A stretch of DNA of 64,000 bases from Iphione sp. A-MEVVRFRX5. Taxonomy: Eukaryota. The stretch spans positions 82,770,001 to 82,834,000 of the forward strand of contig OZ320316.1 of assembly GCA_976226885.1 (NCBI GenBank), written 5' to 3'. Shown here piece by piece: positions 10,907 to 24,702 of this stretch. Below the pieces are notes generated by a model. It saw only the letters and a program-made list of their open reading frames with translations. It searched no databases and was not told the DNA's origin. Each line of letters begins with the position of its first letter. The stretch's first letter is position 1. A program made the position numbers and the translations under genes.

Positions 10907-13900
10907 GGTAATTTTCAAGATACAAGTCATCAATGCTCTGTAGAAGAGCTACGATGTGAAAGCACAAGAAAAAAGACAAAGAATAACTATTTTTTGAAGT
11001 AACTGTTTTGCGCATGTTGATTTTGCTAAGGTAACTATGACTTTTGTGACTTGTTGAAACTAATGCGGGATTTGACACTTCTTCAGGCCCTTGCTATTCT
11101 GGTATCCATATCCTATGAAAAGCGAGCTGTACTAATGATAGGGAAGCCATAGTAGAGTTAGTTCATTAACTGAGCGCTGCTCAAAATTGTTAGTGTCAAT
11201 AGCATTCGTCAGCTTTTGACTCATATCACGCATAATTCCTGTTAACACTGACTGTCAAACCAGCTTATTAGTATTAAATTCCTTTTCAGGATGCATACCA
11301 TAGATTTCCTACAATAAATCATCAAAATCTAAAATCAGAATAAAGAATGGGTCAACACGGGACGAGCTATATTCAGAACATGAAACTAACATTTGTAATG
11401 AGGGGATCCAGTGCAAAATACAACGCTTGTTAACAGTAGTAACTGACAGCTTGGTGATTCTGTCATGTGAATAGATGAAAACCGTAAAAACAATTATGCT
11501 CCTGCATATCAGTTTACGTTTGCCGAGCTTCATATTTCTGATGCAAATGCGGTAGGAATGCGGCGAGTGTAACCTTGTCAGATATGTAGTCATACAGACT
11601 ACTCTATTCTTGTAGCTTTATTAAGCACCATACGCATGCGTGTTTATTACTCGTTTATATCAATACACAGGTATATGTTACGGATGAAACGAGCAATTTG
11701 AATTCAGTTACGACGCTCATCTATATTATGTGATTCCTTAATTCATTTTCAGTCATGTTATTTGTAACCTTCACATCAAACACGTATTACAAACTCACAG
11801 AAAGCATCCTGTGTATTGACATGCTCAATCAGGCATGTATTTACTCGAAAAACACTATCGTTCATTTGATAATATACGCTTATAAACAATATCTAGAACA
11901 CACGGTGTTTGCAAACTATCAGTATGATGGTGCGACAGTTATGTGAACAGGTGCATCTGCGATGGAAGGAAGGGCACGTGAAGCTTTTTTGTGCATTGAT
12001 CGTACTGTTTAACCGACAGTTTTTACTATCGAACAGGTGGAGCATAGTGATAAAATGCACCGAGGCTCCATATCCTACATACCCACCCCCCTGCCAACAT
12101 CTCTCTACTGATAGATGGGTGGGTCAAAGTTACTATTCCTGACGTCATGCATCCAAGATATATTGATCAACGTTCAAGAAGACCATCTTCCCCAGCAAAT
12201 CGTTATTTTGTTAAGAAAATGCTGACACGCCTAGAAATATACATCATAACATGCTAGTGAACATGTCAAATTAATTGGGCAGCGTAATTGTCTCCAGCTC
12301 GCTGATAATTTGAAGCATGAGCCTACGTTGATGGACAGCCGTTCGGAACTAGAATCTGAAAATACAGATTGATATAGGCAATGGTGTAAATTTGGTTCCT
12401 GTTCAAATATTTATACTGATTGCACGAACTCTGGTACTGAGGGCAAAGATTGATATTATCAATAATATTGCCCTTCCGGGATCTTTAGTGGTCATGCGGT
12501 GCGCGGTACAACATATCGATGTCACTGAGTACAAGGCACGAAGAGCCTTTATTTCACACAAGTTCTCCAACGTTCCAGCCAATATGGACCCGTATACGTT
12601 GATATGAACTCAAATATATTGATCTCGCCGTTATACATTCTGCGTCTAGTAAATGAAGAGGCATATGCTGGATAGACACGCCATGCCTTCATGCTTTGTA
12701 CACAAGAAGTGTGGCGGAAAATTGCATTACGAGCATCAGCCACAGGCTGCATTTATAGAGATCAAGCCCTTTAGTCAACCACTAGCCACACACTTTGTCA
12801 TTCTGAGAAACTCTATTTTGCACATTAGGCCAGTATATATTATATGAACAAGGCTAGAGAGCGTTCCAGTTGGATCATACCCAAATGCGCAAGTAGTTTA
12901 CCAGTGAATGTGCTGGCCAGGAGTAATTTGATAAAGGGGGGACAGGGGACTGTGTGGAGTAAAGACATCCATTAAAAATGGGTGGCCGAGTGCTACCTTT
13001 ATAGCTTTGGATATGGTCTCTTCTTGAAAGGTAATTTTCCGCCTCCAGGATAACCAATTGTGCCCGGTTGGTGACGTCTTCTTTGCATGTTTGTACGTCT
13101 CCGTTTGCCTCGTCTGAGTAATAACGTGGCGTAACGAGCTACGGTTGTTATTCCAGGCTTCCAGGGATTTACTTCGACGGATGGACCAGCGAGGAAGACT
13201 AATGACAACACATCCGTCTATCACAGCATCGTACCGTTAAAATATAATAGGATAATCCACGGGTGTATTATGCCCACAACAATACTGCTTTTTCATTTTA
13301 TACCTCGGGTTGACTGCTGTCGGCCGAAGTAAAATTGGAGCCTAGCCTCATTGATATCAGTCTTATCACACTTGTTTCCTGACCACGTTAATCACCACCA
13401 ATGCCTCTGCACAAGACAAGAATTACTCGGGCTCCCCAACCGCCAACCCATTGGTCCCGGAGCGGCTGACCCCGCTCCCATTTGGCCGAACAGAGAGTTC
13501 AGCAGAACACTCTGTGGGCTAAGCTGCGAGATTTAATCAAGTGGATCGGTCAGTCATCACATCGTGAATTCTGGCCACATTACGTCGGGCCTGCGTAACG
13601 ACCCCCATCCCCACCACCGCCCACCATGAGGGCTAACCAAGCTTCTCCACCAGTTGTGATCCGCCATCCCTACACACCGGTACTGCTTCCCCATTCCTTT
13701 GACCCGCCGGCCGTTATTACGTTACAGGCATCGCGTCCGAAGCTCGTACAATCGATATGTGCTTACATAACTCAGAAATGGCAAGCTGTAAATATGCTAT
13801 CTGCTTTCAATTATTACAGTCCTGGGGTGATGATTACCCTGAGGCAGAGCCCCCAGACGGTATACTACTCACATCCGTTGGACTGGCGCTTGGGAGTAGG

Positions 13901-16071
13901 CCGGCCTTCGGGTTCTCTACCTAGCAGGGGTTTGTCGGGCCGTGCAAAGGGAAGGGACGAGGGGCGTGGGGCGTTCGGAGATTTAGAGCCGAGTAGGTGT
14001 GCCGTGTCGGGTTGAGGCAACCGAAGAAGATCCCGGTTTAAACAGGCCAAGGGGCCGCCGGCGAGAACACGTCTAAAATAAGCCAAGCAATATCATTAGG
14101 ACACGTACCGCCGAAGGTACAGAGACTTAACGCTTGTTAGACAAGTGGAAAACGCCAGTTAATCATTGTAGAGTGGACTCTGGGAGGTGAGCACCATTTA
14201 GTCCTGGTTCTAAATGTTTTTCACTAAGGGAATGGGCCACAAAAAGAATGAAATTGTGCTGGATTTTGCCTGCCTATACTGTTTGCTTGCCAGTAAGAAT
14301 AACACTTAGCCTATGAATGGAATTTCCGTTGCCCGTGGCACTTTTAGTTCCACGGCTTATGGACATCTCATGAACAGTAGACCGAGACTGATATTCTTGA
14401 AGTATATTGCCAAAGTGGGAAAAGTCATTAATACCTTAGTCAGTAAACACTGGAATAGCAGATCTGGTTAAAGCTGGTGGGAAGTGTTTGGAACCTTTGT
14501 GCCCTTGGCACGTCTTAAGGATACATATTTCCCTGGGTACAATGCAGTTGATTTGGCCTCAATGGCAGCGACCCTTCTCTCTATCTCGGTTCACAGCCAG
14601 AGGCAATTCCAGATTTCCGACACCCTCGGGTCCCTTGGGTGTCCGCCAGGTCTGTGAATATCGATGTCATCGGCCGGAAAACTATAGCTACTCTAAGCCG
14701 CTTTCTTTGAACAACCGCTCCACATCAATTATTCACTTTTACGTGCAACAACAGCGCGAGTAGAGCTCCTTATTTGCCGCACGTCTGGCACCAATCAGAC
14801 CGTTACTCGGGGCGCCCTCGCACGACGCTGGTGCACACAGAACTTTTAATTCGGCAAGATAACCTTCAGTGGACCGATTATGGCGACAGCAATGTGAATG
14901 ATATGTTCACAGCACAGCATCTAGGCTATTGACCGGCAGGGGGCCAAGTCCCGTCCACTATTTGCGGTCCACAAGTCTCGTAAGTAGTTCCGATCGCAGC
15001 AGACAGTCCTGTTCTCAGGATCCGATCGATTGGACGTTCGAAACGGGTCCGGGTTTATCAACCCTTCACCAACGGACTTCGGAATCCAACCAAGTCAATA
15101 CCTAATTAGCATTTATTATCTACAACATTCGCTTTCTCACTATCTCTGAAGGCAGAAGCAGTTTAGGGCCTGAACGTGCTGAATTACTGTGTGAAAAAAA
15201 TGGACACTTGGAACCACTTAATGATGATATGATTACTCATGATGAACGTGCTCAATACTTGCCTCTCTGTGGTGAACAGACGGTCGCAGCAACCTTACAA
15301 GGGTTCTAATGGCACGTTTTCCTGCAAATAGCGGCTTATGCCACACGCTGTAACTCAGCTCATACTAAGAACCTTTACTCCCTGGTTAGATAATTCATTC
15401 TCAGTGTCTTTATATGGAAATGTGTATCACTTGTTTAAATTCAGTTTACTGGGCTAGCTGACCCAGTGTTCTACTTATTTAATTGAATATACACATTCAT
15501 TTGTGGAACATTTCCGTGCAAGTGAGTGAATTCTAGTCAGCAGGTGGGCTTCTGTGGTCCTGAGCATTTTCTGTCATATCTGTTTATCAGGTCAAGACAA
15601 CTCGCCATGACGGGACACAAAAGCCTCAAACAAGCTAATCGCAGTTCTCCAAACTGACGGCTAACGTTTGTGCTTGCTTCTCCAGGTTGAGAGCAAAGAA
15701 ACTAGTGATTAATCAGTCGGGGCCTCTAACTGTAGCCTGAAGAAGTTAAAAAAATGGTGGTTTGCTTAAAGAATTATAGGGCCGACACTCAGTGTGAACA
15801 ATATTACACCGCTTCTGAGAATGTAGATACGGGCCAGGGAAACGTGTGTCTTGTGAGGTAAGCTAAAGGGACAGATCTAGATTGGAGGAAGCACTCAAAG
15901 AACAACCTTGACTCTCTGTCAATGTATCTTAATAACAGGAACCTTTCTCATACGCTGTAGTGGATAAACCTGCAAAGCCCAAGTGCTTCTAGAACGTCAA
16001 GGAACTCGCTGTTACCTGGAGGCGCAACAGATAGTCCTTGAAGGTAAGTGGGCATCTTTCGGGTGTGGCCG

Positions 16072-16417
16072 CGAGCCTTTAACGGGAGGATTGAGGTAAA
16101 GGGAGTTATATGACTCCTCTATCAGTATTTCCGCTCTCATACCCATGACGTGAAGCCCTAGAATACCAGCGTTATTCCCCTGTACACGATGTTCCAGTAC
16201 CAGAAGCACCTCTTCAAACATATCAATACCCAGGTAAAAGATAGCAAAACTCCAATATTCTCTTTGCACCGGTTGGAAATGCTAACACTGGGTCAAAATA
16301 CTCACACCTGTCAACGCCAAGTGTACAATGCTTGCCCATCATTTTGGCAAGGTGTGCGCGAGAGATATCCCCGCTTCCCTTGTCGAGAATTATTACCTCA
16401 GTGCTAGTATGTATGTT
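16072..16417 (-). pseudogene. Degenerate non-LTR RT C-terminal/thumb fragment with a frameshift
   Basis: ILEFCYL in one frame and YLGID in the overlapping frame together give an EFCYLG-like motif. YNSLYLNPPVKGS, 42 aa after YLG, fits the spacing of Y.SL.LP.LLYGS. Confidence 0.4.
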
Positions 16418-17240
16418 CCTGAATCCAGACAAGAAAAGGAGGACATCTGAAAATATCAGGTGTCTAGGACCTAACATGAGGTCCCTGACCCCCTCCGTTT
16501 CAAGTCTAGATACCTTAGGGTGACTTTATTATGTAATTAGGGATGAGCTGTGTAGTCTTTCTGTGCCTGTTACTTAGAGAGAGAGGATGTGTCTGTCACT
16601 CTCTTTAGTAATCTGGTCAGTTTTACCCCTATTGCAGGTCAAATAAGTGGGGAGACCACTTGAAATAGGCAAGGGTTGAAGGTGCCCCCTTCTGGGTGTT
16701 TTAACTAGGTATACAAGGTTTGTTGGTATTTCGGGGGCCAATCTGTGTCAGATTCGGTGGCCTTAACCCTCAATCACCCTGCCATCTTGGGGAGAGTGGG
16801 TACTAGAAGGCCTTTCCTTCTAAGTCTCCTTTTAAGATTTTCTGTCATAAACCAGCAAAATTGCTAGGGAGCCAGGTCTGGGCCTGGCTCATATCTGAGT
16901 TCTGGACTCATCAGGAATTGTGGACATGTTTGGGTCGAAGAGATCAGAGTGACCATAGAATGCTGAAACTTGGTGAGAACGATGCAGACCCGGTCCACAG
17001 TGTTCTACGTCAATCCTGAGAGCATCAGGACTAGTTTGGTTCCAGAATTTCCTCTTGGCTGTAAGGAGTTGATACTCAATATACTGGCCTGCAACATCCG
17101 AGGAAAAATCTGGGAAATTCCAGACCAGTTTGGGTCTGAATTTTCAAAATGGCTGCAGGATGCCAAGCTGTGGGTAACAGGCCAAGAGGCCAGCCTACAG
17201 TATTCTGGGAAAACTCCCAACATGCTGGGATGCCACTGCC

Positions 17241-17593
17241 CAAGGCTAAGGCTGGTTTTGTGCAGTTCATTTTTGTCAATAGATTTGCCTAGATGCCATG
17301 GCCCACAACACGGAGGTGTGGTTTGTTTCTCTCTACGAAGCTCCATTTTCGGGCTACAACCATTTTTGTGTGGACACACCATATCCATGCATAACAGCCA
17401 AACTGAACACGCCAACCCTGGAGTGTTTGCAACATCCTGAGTGAGTTTGAAGGCCGTTACAGCCAGGCAGACCAGGCTAGGGCCAGTTTTATGCACTTAA
17501 TTTTCTCAACAAATCTGCATAGGTCTAATGGCCCGCAACACAATGGCATGATCCATTTCTCTCTACAAAGCTCCATTCTGGAGCTAAGGCCAT
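17241..17593 (+). repeat. Diverged direct duplication of about 122 bp (17241-17363 and 17472-17593)
   Basis: The copies are colinear, sharing AGGCTA.GGC, ATGGCCC.CAACAC, TTTCTCTCTAC.AAGCTCCATT and GCTA...CCAT, offset about 231 bp. Confidence 0.75.
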
Positions 17594-17903
17594 CTCTTCT
17601 TGGTAATGAAGGTGGGTGGTAGGGAATGATGATATTAAGGGTTGGTTCAGGATTTCCTGGGGCCATAAAGTTGTCAGATATCAAAGAGATGCACTGAGCT
17701 CACCCCGTGAATTCCTACAAGAAGAATTTTACCGAACCCATGGACATGACCAGGGTGATGGCCAAACATCCTGGTCAATTGGTTTAAATACTGGAAGGCT
17801 TGAGAAATAAAATCAGATTCACATCCAGCTCTGAACTGACTTCATCATGTTATCCTTGAAGGAGAAGATAGCTGAATGTCCAGTCTATATTCTTATGGCT
17901 ATA

Positions 17904-18517
17904 CAGTGGAGACCCTCATAACGGACGCCCGGTTACAGCGGACAACTCCTACAATGGACACCTAGAGGACAGTCCCAAACAAAAACAAGTAAATAACATG
18001 TTTACAATAGCCCGGACACAGCAGACACTCATGGACAGCGGACACCCCTCTTCTGGACAGTCCCTGGACAGTCCCAAACAGTGATTTTAAGAGGTCTACA
18101 GCGGACAGACACAGGTGTCAGGGTGACCACTACTCTCTAATAAAGCGCTTGAAGAGTCATTCATTGTCTGAGGTGTTGGTAAAGGTGTGAGGGCGACCAC
18201 TACTCCCTAACAGGGTTTTTCATTGTCTAAGGTGTTGGTAAAGGTGTGAGGGCGACCAGTACCTCCTAACAAAGCATTTGGAGGGTTATTCATTGTCTAA
18301 GGTGTGGGGAAAGATGTGAGGGCGACTGCTACCTCCTAACAGAGCGTTTGAATTGATATTCATTGTCTAAGGTGTTGGGAAAGATGTGAGGGCGACCAGT
18401 ACCTCATAAAGTGTTTGGAGGGTTATTTAGTGTATTTGCTCGGCCACAGCGGACACCCCCAACAACGGACGGGTTGAGGACAGTCCAGCTGTTGTCCGCT
18501 ATAGAGGGGTTCTACTG
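17904..18517. mobile_element. MITE (pogo/Tigger-like ends) with an internal tandem array, 614 bp
   Basis: TA at 17902-03 and 18518-19. Left TIR CAGTGGAGACCCTCATAACGGAC vs right (reverse complement) CAGTAGAACCCCTCTATAGCGGAC; many subterminal (C/T)GGACA motifs. Confidence 0.85.
18113..18427 (+). repeat. 70-bp tandem repeat, about 4.5 copies, inside the MITE
   Basis: AG(G/A)TGT(G/C)AGGG starts at 18113, 18183, 18242, 18312 and 18382. The second unit has an 11-bp deletion. Confidence 0.9.
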
Positions 18518-21500
18518 TATACAGTTGAAGAATTCAAGTAGTTACACTGTCCTGGCATCAAACAAGTTCTAAATTTTACATTATGTTGAAAGAACGTACT
18601 TCCCAGGTCCTTCCCACATGAAAAGCCAGAACTTTACTAGGATATTGGTGACAGCACTCGAACAGATAAGTGGAAGTAATGTAATAGTGCGACTGAAGCT
18701 ATTACGGGGATCAGTAGTTATAAGAGTAGTAGCTTTAACTGTGCAAGTGCAACTTACTCATGATGACGGGTTGCATAGAGTTCCCTCCATTTGATACAAA
18801 ATCAACCCATGTAGGAGACCACTCCAATAGTGCCACAACCCATGAAATTTTCCATGCCTAGATATGTAGTAGATAGACCTCAGGGTACATGTCAGCTCTC
18901 GAAACCTTCCTATGGTTAACGTTCCAGGTATAGCCTATACAGTTAGTATACCTCTATAGACGGTGGCTGTCAAAATTTTCCCTAAGGTGAACGGTTTCTA
19001 GAATAGTCAAAGGCGAGAATAGCTGGCGGGCGCTTTTGTAACGTCTGATGGGCGTGGCGAAGAAGAAGGGAGAGCTGCAGCAGATATGTTGAATGTAGGC
19101 TGGAGTCTGCTGTAAAATATTGTCCCTGCCGGCTCCTTATCATTTATACCATCACAATGCTGGAGCCGAAAGTGCGCGATCTATATCTAACAGTGAGGTA
19201 CATTACTGGTGGTAATGACATAATCATTACGTCTTTATCAAAGGATTTCGAGAGAATGGCGCAAATGAGCATTTATTAGTGGAGGTCAGGAGTACTAAGA
19301 GGCCGGTGAATGAATAGGTGCAGCTATCGAAGGAAACTTCAAACAGAAGCTTACAGGGGGAAGAGTCGCCCACCAAGCGAAGCGAATGGGGGAATGAAAG
19401 AGGGCGGATGGGTGATGGAGGGAAGCGGTGATCCCAGTGCGGTCAAACACGACGGGTCGACTGTCCAATGGATCAAGGGGCTGGAGTCGGGGCTGGGTAG
19501 AAGTAAGGGGAGGAGAAAGGCACGTGTGGTTTTGCTGGCGGGTGTGGTAGGGTTGAAATGGTAGCGATCAAAGTCAGGCGTAGAGCGATTGCCGCGTCTC
19601 CCCCCTGCTGACCCACTGGAGCAGCGATCACCATGGTCCTGCAACAAACCCCCTGTTCACACCACCCCTCTCCTTATGCCGTACTCGCTAGCAGCCAAGC
19701 ACTCGAATGGAGGACAGTGCCAAGGGGTCCATCTGCCAATGCTAGACGTCAATGATGTAACCGGTGGGAACCTTCCATCATGGCATATAGTCTATAGTCC
19801 ATACCAGTTAAGCTCTGAGTGGGAGGGGGGGGGGCGGGTTTAGTGCAGGGTACATGATGGGCAGGAATAGGTCCGAGCTTTATAGATAGACAGTGGCGGA
19901 GCGATTAGGATTTATATTGCTAAGATGGGTGATAAGTTTAAATTGCTAAGACGTACAAACGCATGAAGAAAAATAGTTTGCCGTGTTATGAATGAATTTC
20001 TCGCTAAGATATATGTCAACGAGGGCGAAGAGGCTTAAGATTATCAAGAAAATTGACAATGACTATCATTATAATTATTATTATACTATTGGCGCGACCT
20101 ATTGTGTACTCTTTAGTAATGCCATTTTCGAAAAGCATTTCACCCGGAGGAACTTAAGCAATAAATGGAGGTCGTCGAGAAGAGATTTACAACAATTGTC
20201 AGAATATTATTTATATGATGCTTTATCAATACAATTTAGTACTATGATGTGGAAAATATCATAGTCATATCTGAGTTTGAAACAACACATAGGAAGACTG
20301 TACAGCTTCTAATATAGCCATTTCTCCAAAGAGTCTTGTATATGTACGTGTTTTTCGAATGTGAAACCAGAAGATCGATTTATTTTAAAGTATTCAGATC
20401 TCGGGACGCATTAATAATGCTTCTGAATGCTCCCTGGTCATACGCAGGTTTAAGTACTACGATGCTGATGATTTGCGCACACTGCGTTTGCCAGTCGGTA
20501 CACTTATGATGCACGGCATACATAGTATGATCGACTTAACTCATAATCCTTGTTAATCCGCCTGATTCTCTGTCGATGATGGTTTCAGTTGATTTTGGCA
20601 ACCAGAGTATCAGGCCATCCGATTCTCGCCGTATTTTCATGGATTACCTCATTTCGTAGGAAGGGATATGATTTAATTTTGCTGCCTAATGGCGTAGTTG
20701 TCTCTTGCTATGTTCTTTGTTTGCGACACAAATTGTTGTGTAACACACATTTAGCCCCCTAAACTTAATGATCCATGAACTTAATGAAATGTTCTCTTTT
20801 TGGAATCTATCTACAATTCACTACATGTAAACACGAATGTGATATTCGTTTATAGTAAACCCATGGAAAATTCATGCATAACACATAGATCTCCATGTAG
20901 ATGCATCTAACTGTACTGACTCTAAATGACTACATATTATAGACATCACTAAGCAATGATTGTAATAATTAAGTTTAAATCACTCACACTATAGTTTGAC
21001 TCAAAGTGGACGTAATACTGCACTATAAAATATGTCCTTAGAATATCAATATATAAATTGTAATATCAAACCATAACGATCTAAAAGTTTAATCACCCTA
21101 TGTTGCATTAAAATGCCAGTATTATAAAGAATAGCCAAAATCCTGGTGGTATATCTATGAATGCATTTAAAAGAGAAAAATTGTATATGCTGGAAGAAAT
21201 GTTCCCGGTTATGGCCCTGTACAAATCAACGTGATAAAAAGAGAAACTTGGTGTTGTTAATTTAGCTCAACCTTTATTGTGTTTGGTAGAGCCATTACGT
21301 ATGGCGTCATTCTAAATACTTGCGTATAGGAGGTAGTTGCGTTATATTTAATACCTTGAGGGCCCTTTGGATTTATGAACAAAACTTACAGTCTAAAAAC
21401 GGGATCCGGTGTATTTTAAGGAATCTGTCAAGTCATAATAGCTTTATTATACTCGATCCATAATTCAGGTGTTCACCTCCCATTCTCCACTTTGTCAAGT

Positions 21501-24500
21501 AAGTGTATACTGAGTAATGGCGTCGATTATGTCCATATAGTCTTAATGTGTCATACCATTTATCGCCCAAGAATATTAATTTTGTGTAGGCACAGCTTAT
21601 CTTGATCTATCTGCTTGTAGTTAGGGATAATATCCACACTTGTTTTGAAGTATTATGTGTGTGTTTCATGTGTTGCGTTGAGAACAAACATGTGAGAATG
21701 CCCAAGATGGCTTCCATACATGTATTGAGTATTGCTCATTATTTGCATGTGCATACACAGTCATGTACCCCAACACACCTGTAGCATGTGGAAGAAGAAG
21801 TTAAGGTCGGGCTCTATGGATATGCGTGTGCGCACGTAAAATCATGAAAACATGACTAAAGACGTCTTTTATTGATGGTAATATGGGGGATTTTATTGGA
21901 GGTTAGGCATTTATTTGTGCGGACTTACAAGGACACACAACCCAACACTGACAACTTCATGCAACATAAGGGCACCACCATGCATGACACTCCAAGAAAA
22001 GGTATCGCAGCAATCGACTTTACCGCACAATCAATGCACATGTAATGGAAAAGCACAGGTATGGAAATCGGTTGGAGATGTCAACAAAATGCATTGCCCA
22101 GATGGGTGTGCAGCACTATCATTCCTTGTGTTGGTGTTACGTTTTGCGGGGGAACAAGAAATTCTACTTCGCCACTTCATTGTTTATTTGACAGAATATA
22201 TGCACCAATGTCCTTTCTATCGATAAAAGCGTAACATATAATTTTATTGCGTTTCGACGTTGTCTCTAGAACGTCCAAACGTCTAATTGGATTTCTGTTA
22301 CTCTCACAGGATTAAAATAGGACCAGTATGTATTGGGTTCTGCTCACGATGGGGACTAAGAATGATGCCATTTTACGTAGGTAATTACGTGGCATCAATC
22401 ATTCAGTATTTAATCATGGCGCGGTCTCCCTGTAAGACAATACTTGGGAGCGAGTCGGGCCGCCCTCTATTGAGGCTGTTGTGTGTGCTCTTGCAGGAAG
22501 CAGGATGCAGCTTCAACCAGCAGGCGTGGTCGGCCTCGCAGCTCCCTATGCGGCCATAGCTAAGCGATGTCCAAAACGAGTGAAGGCCAGAAGAACACTG
22601 CCCAGTTCCAGCGACGTCTTTTATTTGTGGCTTTGCTTAGCTCTCCACTGCAACAGTGTCAACATATTGGAGCCGTTTCTTTCGTGGCCTGTAGTGATGT
22701 TGCTGACCCTAGCATCACTTCTAGGTGGAAATCTGTGTGGTAAGGAATAAAATGGCTAAAGCAGTGCGGCTACGGAATTCCAAATGTCCAGCACCAATTT
22801 TGTACAATGATTGTCGCTTCAAGACCCGACCAAACTCCGGATCGTAACGTTTCTATACATCTGTGCGAACATTTATTCAGAATGTTGTTTTTGCATGCTC
22901 ATATTCTAGCATCACGATTGTGAAGTTCATATCCGGTAATCGATATCTGCCCTCTAATTCAAACGAGGAAACTTGCATTATCAATATTTTGGTGCTATCT
23001 TGGTGGTTTTTCATCACCATGATAGTATGAGAATTTTGCTTGTATCGTAATCATCTCGAAAAAAAAACCTGATCGTATTCATGAATAATTCCACATCGCA
23101 AATTGCAAGCCTTTAACCTCTGCCCTAGAAATGTTCATTTGAAAACATGTCTGTACAAGGGCAGTAAAACAAGAGCGGAGACAAGTAGATTCACAACATG
23201 ACTGTGAATGTAAATTGCTGTGCTGTATCACATGCGGGCTGTTTCAGTCATCAGAAATGGTTATTTTGTTCTCGCTATATTTTTTATTGTTCCATTAGAG
23301 CAGCACCAGGCAACATTCCCATGTGCTTAGCTACATCAGATATACAATGGCTAGTTTATTCATGCATAAAGAAAGCATAGATCTTCCTTATGAAATGTAG
23401 GGAACAACAAGAATTTGGCCTACATAGATGTTGCATTCTAAATGTGAAATAAAACTTTCACTGTATATTACCTAATGCAACAAGTACCTGTCTATGTTTC
23501 CATGTTTGATGATAAAATATGTATAACAATTCAGGGTGTGCAGCCACATTAAATTGTATGGATAGAGAGACTCTGACTAATGGCCAGACGTACCTACATT
23601 TCATTGTATACCGGCAAATGCATTTCGATTTTGGGAACAAAGAACAGAAAAAGAGTGTATAATGTTGGGGCTCGATACAGATAATAAGGACAGAGTGTCA
23701 GAGAGCTCTATGTAGTGTCATTAAGGTCTGACTTGGGCCAAGCCTGTGGACTGCGAGGTAGGCTGTTCGTTGCGTGGAGATCACAGGCTACGAGGTCTCT
23801 AAGTGGTCTCACGCTGTGATGGACAAGACAAAGCACTCCGGATCTGTGGGCCATCTCCGGGGTCGAGAACGGGTGCGGACGGAAAAGAACCTCGCGCGTT
23901 ACTACATCATGAGCTCTCTTTCAGCAGATACACCCAGCAAACCTATCAGATAGGGCAACGCACTCAAAGATAACTGTGATATCATACAAATGTGGCCACT
24001 TCCGATCAAACGGTCCGATCGCCGCACCTGCATTTCTGACAATAACAGTATCAAACCAAACTGAACAGAGGTTCTTGATAAAAAAATATCAGGAATTAAT
24101 AAATTACAAACTGTATTCATTTCTATCGTATACATTGTACAGCCTTTGCTTGAATTACAGAGCGGTCCATGCCATTTCGCAAAGTATGCAGGTGTATAGT
24201 ATATAATAATAACAAAGGAGTCTGTCCTTCATGCACAAAAAGAACCCAGAAACTTGTTCAAAATAAGAGTAAGGGGCAGCCCTAGGTAGTTTAGTCTCAT
24301 TTTCAGTAATAGCGGTGGTATGGTGCCCAAGGACAGCATGGAAAAACAGCTGAAATAGGCTGAATGTTAAAGTCCTCGTTGAAGACATGAAGAAAAATGA
24401 AATGAAACTTTGAATCAATATAGTTATACATATGAAATCGTAAAATCAACAGAAATCTAAGTAGTGCAATGTCATGCGATGTATCAATGTTAGATGTCTG

Positions 24501-24702
24501 TGTTGTTCACGAACCCCTTTGGATAATGTTCAAGACGGGTGATTAAGTACTGCTTTTTGGTCTGGTTTTTAAGTAGACTGTAGGCTTATCCCACGATATG
24601 GAAGTGCTTTTGAAGAGTGTTAAGGGGATATCGTTTCTGCATACAAATGTTTCTCAGCTAGGAAACGCCTTCACGTGGTTTGAATAACATCAAATTATAC
24701 AA

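Noticed and set aside
12999-13211. IGYPGGGK resembling a Walker A motif
   Set aside because: It lacks the S/T after GK, has no Walker B, and the ORF is short and otherwise unrecognisable.
18113-18427. CRISPR-like repeat/spacer appearance
   Set aside because: The variable parts are homologous to each other, the array sits inside MITE TIRs, and no cas genes are present.
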